64,000 nt of DNA from Patescibacteria group bacterium (GTDB lineage Bacteria; Patescibacteriota; Patescibacteriia; JAHIZJ01), in assembly GCA_028714495.1 (NCBI GenBank), contig JAQTMH010000001.1, positions 9,721 to 73,720 of the forward strand. Direction: 5' to 3'. The first letter of the stretch is position 1; every line of letters starts with the position of its first letter. Positions 28,867-38,362 of this stretch are shown one piece after another. The notes under the pieces are model-generated. The model was not told the DNA's origin. It made no database searches and was given only the letters and a program-made list of their open reading frames with translations. The position numbers were made by a program, and so were the translations under genes.

Positions 28867-29397
28867 TTATTGTTTTTTGTATTTTTTCAAGACGTAGATA
28901 ATCGCCCCAGCTCCGAGAATCGGCCAGACAATTAAGAATATTGACCAAAAAAGCAGTGAGTTTGTTTGGCTAGTCGCCTGGTCTTCCTGGCCAAGCTGGT
29001 TCAAATAATCGTCGAGCAGCGTTTGCGGAGAAGGGCAAATATTTGACTGGCAATAGAGAATTTCTTCTTCTATCCCGGCCACGACATTCACGTCATAGCC
29101 GGTAAATACCTTCGAGCCGATAATTACGGTCGGTACTGACAAACTAGTCTGTCGGTAAATCGCCATAAAATCCTGAAATACCGCCTGCTTATGTTCATCG
29201 GAACTGACGTCAACTTTGGCTATGGTCAATTCGGGATATTTGGCGTCCAGCACATTAAGCGCGTCAGTCATTCCCTGGCAGGGTTGGCAATCGGTATTTA
29301 AAAAATAAAAAATCTCGATCGCCTCTTTAGCCTGAGCCGCCCTGGGCAAAATAAAAAACGCGGCGAAAATAATAATCAAAAACAGCTTTTTTGGCAT
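28867..29397 (-). CDS. Secreted thioredoxin/glutaredoxin-like protein (CQPC) with C-terminal TM anchor
   Basis: Signal peptide, FYFLNTDCQPCQ active-site-like motif, C-terminal hydrophobic helix. Confidence 0.5.
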   Translation of the reverse strand: MPKKLFLIIIFAAFFILPRAAQAKEAIEIFYFLNTDCQPCQGMTDALNVLDAKYPELTIAKVDVSSDEHKQAVFQDFMAIYRQTSLSVPTVIIGSKVFTGYDVNVVAGIEEEILYCQSNICPSPQTLLDDYLNQLGQEDQATSQTNSLLFWSIFLIVWPILGAGAIIYVLKKYKKQ

Positions 29398-29400
29398 ATC

Positions 29401-31176
29401 TTAAAAGTGTATTACCTGCCCAGGTCTAAGATGCCGGTCGCCCCTTGATTGGGTTTGACCCCCGGGCCTTCTCGGAAATCGGGGTTGCTGATTTTGGGGC
29501 TTCCGGAAGTTTTTAAAAGACATCGGCTCCCGAGTTAAAGCCTCTTTGAGGCTGATCGGCGTCGGGATTGATGATGCTTCTTCGACAATCTTCAAATCCT
29601 TTTCTACCGGCGCTGCTTTGGCTTCCTTTTTTCTTTCGGCTGGCGCGTTTTGATCACCGGCCATAGCCTGCAGAAAATTAATTCCTTCTCTATTCTTGTC
29701 TGGCGCTGTCTCGCGCGGCTTGACCTGCCGTGTTTCAGGCCTCGGACTAACTTTCCCTCGACCCTGCTCGGGATAAGCAGTCGGGGCATTTCTCTCAACC
29801 TTGCCCTGAAATACCATTTTCTCGATTTTTTCTTTTTCTTCGCGCCGCTGTCCATTTTCACCATTTTCCCCTTCCTCCATCTCAGCCATGCCGCTCCAGC
29901 GCATTATTTTATCCTCAACTACCGCCCGAGGCGTGGCATAACGCTCTCGCGAAACCCGGATGATCTTCTCGAGATTTCCCTCCTTAGCTCGGCTGTGAAG
30001 CGGGGGCAGGCCATGAGCTGAGAATGGCTCTGAAGCCACTCCGTCAATCATCAGCTTGAGATACATCTCAAATTTGGTCAGGTTTACCAGATCATTCTGC
30101 ATGAAAACGGGTTCAAATTCTTTTTCGAGATATTCCGCGTCAGTCGCGCCAACCCGGAAAGCCACAATTGTGCCGACATTGCCAAAAACCGCCGCCTGGA
30201 CTTCCTCGTCAAGCTGTTCAATGTACTGGTGGGCGATAATCAGGTCAAGGCGGTATTTCCGGGCTTCAGACAAGATATTGGCAAAACTCTCAGTGGCAAA
30301 ATTCTGAAACTCATCAACGTAAAGAAAGAAGTCGCGCCGTTCCTCCTCCGGAATGTCAACCCGGCTCATGGCCGCCAGCTGTAATTTCGTGATCATCATA
30401 GCGCCAAGTAAAGCCGCGTTATCCTCACCGATCCGGCCTTTAGATAGATTCATAATCAATATTTTCCCGGTATCCATGATTTCCCGCATATCGACTGAAC
30501 TCTTGGTTTGACCCACGATGTTGCGAATCACCGAACTGGATAAAAACTGGCCGACTTTGTTTTGGATTGGCGAAATCGCCTCGGTTCGGAATTGATTGCC
30601 ATAAGCCGCGTACTCCTCAAGCCAAAAGGTTCTCAAAATCGGGTCGTTAATTTTTGACACGACTTTTTTTCGATATTTGTTATCAACCAGTAGCCGGGTA
30701 ATGCCCAAGAGAGTTGAGCCCGGGTATTCCAAAAGGGATAGAACGGTATTGCGGAGTACGTATTCGAGACGCGGGCCCCAGGAATCAGCCCAAATTTTCT
30801 TGAAAACTCCCACTAGACCGGAGGCCACCAGGTGACGGTGGACTGGATTGACTGATTCGAGAACATTGAAGGCAATCGGGTAGTCAATATCGGCCGGATT
30901 GAAATATATCACGTCGTTGATCCGATCGGCTGGAATGTAATCCAATATTTCCTCGGCCAAATCACCGTGAGGATCAACCAGCGCCACGCCCCGGCCAGCC
31001 GTGATATCAGCCACGATCATCTGTTGCAATAGCGTGGTCTTGCCCATGCCGGTTTTACCGATGACATACATATGCCGGCGCCGGTCATCTAATTTAATGC
31101 CAAAACTCCTCCGCTGATTACGGAAATTTGTCTGGGCAAATAGAGCAATGTCTTTGTTGTCGGTGTCGTCGGGCAT
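29401..31176 (-). CDS. VirD4/TraG/FtsK-superfamily P-loop ATPase (T4SS coupling-protein-like) with charged low-complexity C-terminal tail
   Basis: Walker A YVIGKTGMGKTTLL, Walker B FLYVDEFQNF, IIAHQYIEQL. No N-terminal TM segments. The last ~190 aa are E/K/R/P-rich. Confidence 0.6.
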   Translation of the reverse strand: MPDDTDNKDIALFAQTNFRNQRRSFGIKLDDRRRHMYVIGKTGMGKTTLLQQMIVADITAGRGVALVDPHGDLAEEILDYIPADRINDVIYFNPADIDYPIAFNVLESVNPVHRHLVASGLVGVFKKIWADSWGPRLEYVLRNTVLSLLEYPGSTLLGITRLLVDNKYRKKVVSKINDPILRTFWLEEYAAYGNQFRTEAISPIQNKVGQFLSSSVIRNIVGQTKSSVDMREIMDTGKILIMNLSKGRIGEDNAALLGAMMITKLQLAAMSRVDIPEEERRDFFLYVDEFQNFATESFANILSEARKYRLDLIIAHQYIEQLDEEVQAAVFGNVGTIVAFRVGATDAEYLEKEFEPVFMQNDLVNLTKFEMYLKLMIDGVASEPFSAHGLPPLHSRAKEGNLEKIIRVSRERYATPRAVVEDKIMRWSGMAEMEEGENGENGQRREEKEKIEKMVFQGKVERNAPTAYPEQGRGKVSPRPETRQVKPRETAPDKNREGINFLQAMAGDQNAPAERKKEAKAAPVEKDLKIVEEASSIPTPISLKEALTREPMSFKNFRKPQNQQPRFPRRPGGQTQSRGDRHLRPGQVIHF

Positions 31177-31179
31177 ATT

Positions 31180-32613
31180 TTATTCAAACGGTAAATTTGA
31201 TGGCGGCTTACTTTTGAATGACGGCGGCGGTGTCTGGGTTTGGGGAACCGACGGCGTTGGCGCTGGCGCCGCTTGAGGGGCTTGGGCCGGAACGCTGGTC
31301 ACCGGTTTAAGCGGCGATCCAACTGATTCTATCGGCAAACCAACTGGCGGCTCACCGCGCTTGCTTTCGATCCTCTTCACCAGCGGCGCCTTCACGGTCA
31401 GGGTCGGGAAATGGAAAATGCTGGCTAATTCTTCCGTATTCAAGATAATGCCCGTACCGGCTAGTCGTTTCTTGTAGTTCTTGACTAGTTTGCGCTGAAG
31501 TGAGTGTAATCTAAGTTTTTTGAAAAAGATAAAGTTGGTCTTAGTAAAGGTTCGCTTATCAGGCCTAAAGCTATTCATGTCCATGGCCGCGAATTGATTG
31601 AGAGAACCGAATATCGCGTTGATTCCGATGCCTTTATTGACTAGCTCTTTTTCAGCCACATAAACGTAGCGGAACTTGGTTTCGAAGGATTTCTTTGAAG
31701 TTTTTATTTGAATGGCTTCAACGACAGATTTTTCTCTCGGGGTGAGCTGCATCATCCAGTTCTTCGGCTGATTTTGTGGCTTTTGTACTTGTTCTGACGG
31801 CGATATCAGAGATGCCGTAATTGTTTCATAGGTGCCATGAGTCACTCCGCCAACTGAACCCAATAGCCCCTTGCTTACGACTTTTTTCTCGCCAATAATT
31901 TTATTAATAATTGATTGGGCTTGGCTGAGGTATTTCTTACCCTCGGTCGGCCGGAGCACCATCTGGATCCAAATTTGCTCACCCTGCTTGATCTTGCTTA
32001 ATATTTCCAGGAGCGAGGCCATCGGATCGGCAAACTGCTGCGACAGACTGTGCTCAAACTCAATATAGGTTTTTATCGGGTAGGGATTCGGCCGATTAAA
32101 GCTAATCACCGAGCCAAACGCTTCATATTTATCATTAGGATATTTTACCGGAATATCAGCCGTGTAATCCTCCACTTCGGTTATCACGGTCTCGGGATAC
32201 TGAGCGTAAATGGCTGATTCAACTAAATCACGATATTTTTCCGGTGTCCGAATTATAAACTGGATATACCCGCCGATACTCACCAGCTCGACGCTAATCG
32301 TCAGCTGGACCTTACCCTTGATATATTTTTCGACGATATTCGGCACGGAAAATACTCCGAAAAAATGGGAATATATGTGTTCGATCGCCTTTAAGTTCGG
32401 CTCAATCTCCCGCGGCACGTCTATCGCCAGCAAGACAAATTTTGTCGAGGCAATAAATTTATTCCGGATGGTTAAAAGCCAGTAATCCCAAAGGATTAAA
32501 ACCATGCCAAACACGAAAAAAATCCAGCCGCCATCAATAAAAAACTGCCAAAGAAAAGAAAACGGTAGGATGTCAGAGACGGAAAAAGCCGTTGAATCAA
32601 TGGCTGTTGGCAT
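31180..32613 (-). CDS. Membrane protein (2 N-terminal TM helices) with Pro-rich C-terminus; putative partner of the ATPase
   Basis: 4-nt spacing to the ATPase gene. C-terminal PAPTPSVPQTQTPPPSFKSKPPS. Confidence 0.45.
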   Translation of the reverse strand: MPTAIDSTAFSVSDILPFSFLWQFFIDGGWIFFVFGMVLILWDYWLLTIRNKFIASTKFVLLAIDVPREIEPNLKAIEHIYSHFFGVFSVPNIVEKYIKGKVQLTISVELVSIGGYIQFIIRTPEKYRDLVESAIYAQYPETVITEVEDYTADIPVKYPNDKYEAFGSVISFNRPNPYPIKTYIEFEHSLSQQFADPMASLLEILSKIKQGEQIWIQMVLRPTEGKKYLSQAQSIINKIIGEKKVVSKGLLGSVGGVTHGTYETITASLISPSEQVQKPQNQPKNWMMQLTPREKSVVEAIQIKTSKKSFETKFRYVYVAEKELVNKGIGINAIFGSLNQFAAMDMNSFRPDKRTFTKTNFIFFKKLRLHSLQRKLVKNYKKRLAGTGIILNTEELASIFHFPTLTVKAPLVKRIESKRGEPPVGLPIESVGSPLKPVTSVPAQAPQAAPAPTPSVPQTQTPPPSFKSKPPSNLPFE

Positions 32614-32636
32614 ATGATTTTTAGATTTATTTTTCT

Positions 32637-33797
32637 TTAGCTGTTTGTTTTTTGAGTATCGGCCTCTTTCGACGATCCTGGCGTCTGTGCAATAGTATAA
32701 CGACCGTCAGATTGTTTGGTAAATCTCTTTTGATCAGTCAGGGCGAGATGAATGGTATTTCGTTTTACCATCCGCTGGGCTAGAACACCTTTGACAATCT
32801 CATCGCGAGTCAGCGACTGATTGGCTCGCTTCAGAACCTCAACGATAACATCGGCCACGACGCCCGGTTTATAGCCCCACTCTTTCAAAGCATAGATGCC
32901 CCGACCGACTAAGACATATCGGTCGTTAAGAATTAATTCGTTGTGAACCGTCGGCGGGTAGGCTTGACGATTATCAAAATGAATTTTGTTTATTCTTTCG
33001 GCAATCTGAGTGAAATGCATCGGTTTGCCTTCTTTCTTGAGCACCAGGTAAATTTTGTCATTCATGCGGCGCGGCACTATCGTCCCCCATTCGGTCAAAC
33101 CGTATTCGCCGAAAGGATTCCGACTGACTTTTTGGCTCATGGTCAGATAACCGACAATTGTCTGATCGCTTATGTCCGAATCCGTGTTTGGATCTTTAAC
33201 CGAATGGGCCGTCTGAAAAGCCTGGATGAAATCAGATTCGGAGAGGGGCTGGTTCTTGCTTTTGATCAGATTGATTAATTTATCAATGACCCTTTTTACC
33301 TTCTCCAGCGATACTGTCGGTAAATACCACGAAGAACGGAAATAGTCGTTAGCTGGCTGGCTTACGAAACGATCGCTTAAAAGCTGCGAAATGATGAATG
33401 ACACTGATTGCCGGCTGATCGGTGTATCAGTGGAGAATTCAAAAAGCTCTTCCATTAGCCTCTCTTTTGACATAGCTCCGCCGTTTTGTTCGAGGACGGA
33501 TTGAATCGCGTGTTCAATCGGTTCAATCAAATTGGTAAAGTTTTTTAAACCCTTTGTTTTTTTAATGGCCGTGCTCTCGATTTGACGGATCCGTTCTCTG
33601 GTTAGATTATAAAACTTCCCGATTTCCTCAAGGGTTTGCTTGGATTTACCATTTAAACCATAGCGGCGGCGCAGGATATCCTCCTCTTTATTGCTCAGCT
33701 GTTTAAGCAAAGAGGCGGCCACTTCGGGTGGGTTGAATTCCCTCAATTCCTGGCTCTGTTTGCTGGAAATTACTTTGTCGAGAATAGACTCTTCCAT
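32637..33797 (-). CDS. Sigma-70 region-4-like HTH domain protein (386 aa)
   Basis: ILRRRYGLNGKSKQTLEEIGKFYNLTRERIRQIESTAIKK is a near-textbook sigma-70 region 4 HTH. The rest of the protein is unassigned. Confidence 0.65.
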   Translation of the reverse strand: MEESILDKVISSKQSQELREFNPPEVAASLLKQLSNKEEDILRRRYGLNGKSKQTLEEIGKFYNLTRERIRQIESTAIKKTKGLKNFTNLIEPIEHAIQSVLEQNGGAMSKERLMEELFEFSTDTPISRQSVSFIISQLLSDRFVSQPANDYFRSSWYLPTVSLEKVKRVIDKLINLIKSKNQPLSESDFIQAFQTAHSVKDPNTDSDISDQTIVGYLTMSQKVSRNPFGEYGLTEWGTIVPRRMNDKIYLVLKKEGKPMHFTQIAERINKIHFDNRQAYPPTVHNELILNDRYVLVGRGIYALKEWGYKPGVVADVIVEVLKRANQSLTRDEIVKGVLAQRMVKRNTIHLALTDQKRFTKQSDGRYTIAQTPGSSKEADTQKTNS

Positions 33798-33815
33798 GAA
33801 TATTTTACCTTATAA

Positions 33816-33835
33816 TTAGGCCAAATTCGGCCTAA
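33816..33835. promoter_or_regulatory. Perfect 20-bp palindrome (operator-like) upstream of the sigma-r4 gene
   Basis: TTAGGCC-AAATTC-GGCCTAA lies 19-38 nt upstream of the start codon at 33797. Confidence 0.35.
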
Positions 33836-34108
33836 TCGCATATCTTAATACAATTTGCCTGCCAAGTCAATCCTTTACCTTTCTCCTATTAGTATAGCAT
33901 AACTAAGAATTTGTGTCAAGCGCGAAATGGCACGCCCTGATAACCATGCATATAGAATATTACTGCGGAATACTTAGAATTTTCGCATTACTGCTCTTAT
34001 GGGTATAGAAAACATTGGAGTGGATATAAATAATGTTGAGACAGGATTTTATTATCCAAATTAAAAAATGCCCCCGAGGCAGATGTTATCTTGGCAGTTT
34101 ATCCTATA

Positions 34109-35014
34109 TTATGAACGCTTTCTGGATTTGATTTTTTGCCAAATAACCAGGAGCGGGCTGGCAATAAATATTGACGAATAGGTACCGGCGATAATGCCGA
34201 CAATCATGGCAAAAACAAACCACCGGATTGACTCGCCGCCAAACAAATACAGGGCCACCAGTACAAAAATTGTGGTGAGCGAGGTGTTTAATGACCGGGC
34301 TATAGTCTGATTGACGCTGTCGTTAATGATTGTCTCAAAGTCCTGGCCAGAACCGTGAAGCATGTGTTCGCGGATTCGATCAAAAACTACGATCGTATCA
34401 TGGACCGAGAAACCCAGAATAGTCAGCAGGGCGGTAATAAAGAGCGCCCCGACCTCAACCTGATAAAAATATCCGAGAAAAGCGTATAGACCGAGCATAA
34501 AGAGCATGTCATGGGCCAGGGCGATAATCGCGGCTAAGCCCATAACCCAGCTCGGAATGATTGTCGCCTTTGATATTTTTCGAAAAGCAAAGGTGATATA
34601 AAAAATAATTCCCAGCATAACAAGGATAACAGCCGTCACTGCCCGCTGTTTTAATTCTTTGCCGATTGTTGGACCGACTGTTTCATAGGCTTCTTCAGCC
34701 AATCCTGGATAGGTTTCTTGAATGCTTTGCAGGAGCTGGACTCGCTTTTCATTGTCAATCGCCTGCGATCTTATTGTCACACCCTGGTCACCGACTGGCT
34801 GGACCGTCAAATTGTTCAAACCCAATTCCTTCAGCTTTGTCTCCAGCTCTTGGACGGTTGGACGATTCGCGGCAAATTTAAGTTGCCACATCGTACCGCC
34901 AGTGAAGTCGATATTTGGTTTCAATCCGCCCAGTACTAAAAAGATGGCCCCGGGAATGAGCAACAGGCCGGAAAGAGTGAACCAAAGATATTTTTTTTGT
35001 ACTATTCGGTACAT
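34109..35014 (-). CDS. secF: Protein translocase subunit SecF
   Basis: 301 aa with SecD/SecF transmembrane architecture (IDFTGGT..., C-terminal six-TM bundle). Confidence 0.85.
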   Translation of the reverse strand: MYRIVQKKYLWFTLSGLLLIPGAIFLVLGGLKPNIDFTGGTMWQLKFAANRPTVQELETKLKELGLNNLTVQPVGDQGVTIRSQAIDNEKRVQLLQSIQETYPGLAEEAYETVGPTIGKELKQRAVTAVILVMLGIIFYITFAFRKISKATIIPSWVMGLAAIIALAHDMLFMLGLYAFLGYFYQVEVGALFITALLTILGFSVHDTIVVFDRIREHMLHGSGQDFETIINDSVNQTIARSLNTSLTTIFVLVALYLFGGESIRWFVFAMIVGIIAGTYSSIFIASPLLVIWQKIKSRKRS

Positions 35015-35015
35015 A

Positions 35016-36689
35016 CTAGAGATTAGCTCCTATTAATTTCTTATGCTTAAGCATCCATTCTCCGACAATGAGGCGCAAAAAAGTCCGGGTGATGGTAATT
35101 GCCGAAAACATACTCACGAGAATACCAATAGCCAGGGTCAGGGCGAAGCCTTTAATCAAGCTGCTGCCAAACCAGGTTAGAATCAGGCAGGTAATTAAAC
35201 TTGAAACGTTGGAATCGCGAATCGAAAGCCAGGCCCGCCGGAATCCCTCATCAATAGCGCTGGCTATCGGTTTACCCAAACGTATCTCTTCTTTCAATCT
35301 TTCGAAAATCAGAACATTGGCGTCAACGGCCATGCCGATTGACAGGATAAAGCCAGCCACGCCCGCCAATGTCAGAGTCACCGGCCAAAGCTTGAAAATC
35401 GCCAAAACAATCAGGGAATAAATCAGAAGCGCGATCACGGCCAATGCTCCGGGCAGACGGTAATAAGAAATCATGAAGATCGCGACAATCAATATCCCAA
35501 TCAAGCCGGCTAAAAGACTTTTTTCTACCGAACTTTTTCCTAAAGACGCGCCAATATTCTGTTGATTCACCAATTTAATCGGAACCGGAAGCGCGCCTGA
35601 ATTCAATCGCTGGGCCAGAGTCTTGGCTTCTGGCAGAGTGAATGAGCCCGTAATCACCGCCTCGCCTGAATCGATTTCCTGCTGGACCACAGGCTGACTG
35701 ATAGGCGAACCATCCAGGTATATTCCAACGATCTTGCTGACATTCCGTTTGGTAATGGCGGCAAAAAGTTCTTTGCCTTCGTCATTAAACTTCAGGGACA
35801 CCTGCGGCGCGCCGCTATTCGGATCGAATTGAACGTCAGCGCGCTTCAATTGCTTGCCTGACAATCCGGTATTAACAAATTCCGCAGTGGCCGCAGGCTC
35901 TTCTGACTGTTTCAGTAATAAAATATGGCTGGCGCGCGCCTCGACCGTTGCTTGATCGCCTTCGCCGGTTGTCCGCTCGTCTGTTTTCTTGATAATGTGA
36001 TATCCATACTGAGTTTCCACCAGTTCGGGATAAACTTCTCCAACCTTCATTTTATCAAAGACCACCGTTTCGAATTCCGTCACCATTGTCCCGCGCGCGA
36101 AAAAATCTAAATCCCCGCCGTTCTGGCTCTGGACATTCGACTGATCCTCGGAATACTGATTGGCTAGCGCCGCGAAATCGGCTCCTGGCTGCAAGGCTTG
36201 TTTTAATATGTCTTCGGCCTTTTTCTTCTGCTCGGCGTTCAAAGCCTGGATCGCTTTCTTCTGCTCATCAGTCAAAGGCTCGGGTGTTTTTTGCTCCCGG
36301 AATTCCAAGAGCGGAGTTTCGCCGATCTGCTTAATCGCCTCATTCACGTCAAATACTCCGGCTAATTCAACGATTACCCGCCATTTATCCCCGACCTTGC
36401 TGGTCTGAATCACCGGCTCGGATACGCCAAAAGCGTTGACCCGGCGCTCAATCACGTCCCTGACGCCATCCAAAGCTGAAGAGCGGTCAGCCTCCGCGAT
36501 ATTCGCCACGTCAGCTTCATAAACCAAATGCGACCCGCCCTGTAAATCAAGACCGAGCCTGACGTTAAGTTCTCGAGTTTTACTGCCAATTTTAAGATCC
36601 GGACCCTTCGGATAATCCACCACTCCGGCTAATCCAGCCAAAATGAGGATAAAAAGAAACATTATCCAGACCTTTTTTCGCGTGGTCAT
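35016..36689 (-). CDS. secD: Protein translocase subunit SecD
   Basis: 557 aa (LGLDLQGGSHLVYEAD, C-terminal TM bundle homologous to SecF). Adjacent to secF. Confidence 0.85.
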   Translation of the reverse strand: MTTRKKVWIMFLFILILAGLAGVVDYPKGPDLKIGSKTRELNVRLGLDLQGGSHLVYEADVANIAEADRSSALDGVRDVIERRVNAFGVSEPVIQTSKVGDKWRVIVELAGVFDVNEAIKQIGETPLLEFREQKTPEPLTDEQKKAIQALNAEQKKKAEDILKQALQPGADFAALANQYSEDQSNVQSQNGGDLDFFARGTMVTEFETVVFDKMKVGEVYPELVETQYGYHIIKKTDERTTGEGDQATVEARASHILLLKQSEEPAATAEFVNTGLSGKQLKRADVQFDPNSGAPQVSLKFNDEGKELFAAITKRNVSKIVGIYLDGSPISQPVVQQEIDSGEAVITGSFTLPEAKTLAQRLNSGALPVPIKLVNQQNIGASLGKSSVEKSLLAGLIGILIVAIFMISYYRLPGALAVIALLIYSLIVLAIFKLWPVTLTLAGVAGFILSIGMAVDANVLIFERLKEEIRLGKPIASAIDEGFRRAWLSIRDSNVSSLITCLILTWFGSSLIKGFALTLAIGILVSMFSAITITRTFLRLIVGEWMLKHKKLIGANL

Positions 36690-36734
36690 AACTTATTTAG
36701 TATATCAAATAGTTCAAATTTTTACAAAAACCCG

Positions 36735-36763
36735 TTGACAAGTTTGCCCGGGTATGTTAATGT
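36735..36763 (+). promoter_or_regulatory. Sigma-70-like promoter for the phosphatase gene
   Basis: TTGACA-17 nt-TAATGT. An AAGGAGGGG SD precedes the ATG at 36854. Confidence 0.4.
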
Positions 36764-36853
36764 TTCCAGTTCGTTCAGTACTTGCTCTTTTTTGGCAATT
36801 AAACCGGAGGTTTCGGCTTCCTGTATACTTCAACTCCAACAAGGAGGGGTCGG

Positions 36854-37471
36854 ATGTCTACGAGACTGGTTGAGTTCTATGTCATGCGGCACGGTGAGAA
36901 GGACGGTGACGCTCTGACTGAAACAGGAAGGGAACAGGTCAGGCAGGCGACTCGCGAATATCTCGCAGATGCCGGGTTCTTCGCAGCTCTGTCTTCGGAG
37001 ATGGCCCGGGCTCATGAGACCACTCGGGTAGCACTCAAAGAACTGGATCAGGCTATGCTGACCACCCGCCAAGATCCGGGCTTCGGCTACGAGCATGCCA
37101 CCCGGGACTATCCCGAGGACACCATCCAAGCAGCCATGCTGAATGTTCAGTCTGCAGTAAAGGCAGGCGCAAAGGAAACAGTCAGGCTCTGGCTCCGACT
37201 CCGACCTGCTTCATGCCAGATCCGCGGCCGGTTCACCGAGTGCCTGTTCAAGTGGGCAGCTCGGTATGCAGACCGCATGGAGGGTGAACCCCTCATGTTC
37301 CTGGTCGGCAGCCACTCGCCTTGCAGCGAGTTGGCTGTCCTGGATCCTGACAACACCCCGCGTCTCGACTTGGCTGGGATCGTGAAGTATGTGGTCCGGG
37401 TCGATACCGAGACCCTGGAAGCCCAACTGGTCGGCTCCGAGGTGATCTTCCAAGGCTTCCCCGAGGTGTAA
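36854..37471 (+). CDS. Histidine phosphatase (phosphoglycerate-mutase superfamily)
   Basis: N-terminal RHGE catalytic motif (FYVMRHGEKDGD). About 58% GC. Own promoter and terminator. Confidence 0.6.
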   Translation: MSTRLVEFYVMRHGEKDGDALTETGREQVRQATREYLADAGFFAALSSEMARAHETTRVALKELDQAMLTTRQDPGFGYEHATRDYPEDTIQAAMLNVQSAVKAGAKETVRLWLRLRPASCQIRGRFTECLFKWAARYADRMEGEPLMFLVGSHSPCSELAVLDPDNTPRLDLAGIVKYVVRVDTETLEAQLVGSEVIFQGFPEV

Positions 37472-37494
37472 CCAACCTCATCATCATCGCTCAT

Positions 37495-37548
37495 TGCGCC
37501 CCCCCCATCTATCGTTCAATCCGATAGTGTGGGGGCTTTTTCTTTTTA
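37495..37548 (+). terminator. Rho-independent terminator after the phosphatase gene
   Basis: GC-rich imperfect hairpin (CCCCCATCTATCG...CGATAGTGTGGGGG) followed by CTTTTTCTTTTT. Confidence 0.5.
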
Positions 37549-37566
37549 AACTATTTTATTTCTTTG

Positions 37567-37590
37567 CTCCCATGCTATGTAGCATGGGAG
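37567..37590. repeat. REP-like perfect palindrome
   Basis: CTCCCATGCTA-TG-TAGCATGGGAG (11-bp arms). Related to the palindrome at 39828-39851. Confidence 0.6.
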
Positions 37591-37634
37591 CGCTGTTTAT
37601 ATCTCTATGACGGCTATATCAAGACTAACAATGG

Positions 37635-38111
37635 TCAGTTTATATCTGTAAAATCAATCACCGGATAGCTCATTTCTAAATCATTTATATATTCAACGCC
37701 GAATTTCTCCCTATACCAGTTATAACTTGAATATGGATACTCTCGATTCGCCTTTGCATAACCATGCTTAACCGGATTATGATGTATATAATTCAGCCTA
37801 GTAAAAAAATCTTTTTCCCCACGAATACAATTGTCCCAATAATTCCACCAGACTTTAGGGCCAGCTAGATTATCTAATCTGTTCAATTCATGCGCGCTTC
37901 CGCCATTAATAAATCTCGTCAAAGAACTTAACAATTTACCTCTTGGGAGGCTGAAAAGGATGTGGTAGTGATTCATCAATACTACCCATCCGTATAGATT
38001 AATCCCATATTTAATAATCGATTTTCGTAAACGATCTATTACAATTTCCATCTTCTGATTTGTGTTAAACAACCTTTTGCCATCAATTGTTCTTGAGGTA
38101 ACAAAATACAC
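37635..38111 (-). CDS. IS200-like HUH/Y1 transposase (TnpA), candidate REP-associated tyrosine transposase (RAYT)
   Basis: HUH motif (VVLMNHYHILF) and C-terminal catalytic Tyr region (RLNYIHHNPVKHGY). Single ORF without an IS605-type tnpB. Surrounded by hairpin repeats. Confidence 0.7.
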   Translation of the reverse strand: MYFVTSRTIDGKRLFNTNQKMEIVIDRLRKSIIKYGINLYGWVVLMNHYHILFSLPRGKLLSSLTRFINGGSAHELNRLDNLAGPKVWWNYWDNCIRGEKDFFTRLNYIHHNPVKHGYAKANREYPYSSYNWYREKFGVEYINDLEMSYPVIDFTDIN

Positions 38112-38213
38112 CCCGTCGTCAATATAGAGGTGTAATGGTATGTGGCGCTTAAATCTAGATATAAATTACTCCTTTATCTCCCCACTGTTTTAAGATACCA
38201 CACGCCACTGCGG

Positions 38214-38350
38214 CTTGTAAAGCTTTAGCTTTACCAAAACGCCACCACACATCGCTCCGGCCTGTAAAGCTTTAGCTTTACCAAAACACCACCACGGGCT
38301 CGGGGCCATTTAATCCAGAGTGGATTGTTTTGTAAATCTAAAGATTTACA
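38214..38350. repeat. Cluster of REP-like hairpins upstream of the RAYT-like gene
   Basis: Two direct copies of TGTAAAGCTTTAGCTTTACCAAAAC(G/A)CCACCAC, each with an 8-bp perfect hairpin GTAAAGCT-TT-AGCTTTAC. A third related hairpin TGTAAATCT-AA-AGATTTACA lies at 38329-38350. Confidence 0.65.
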
Positions 38351-38362
38351 AGCCTGGAACGG

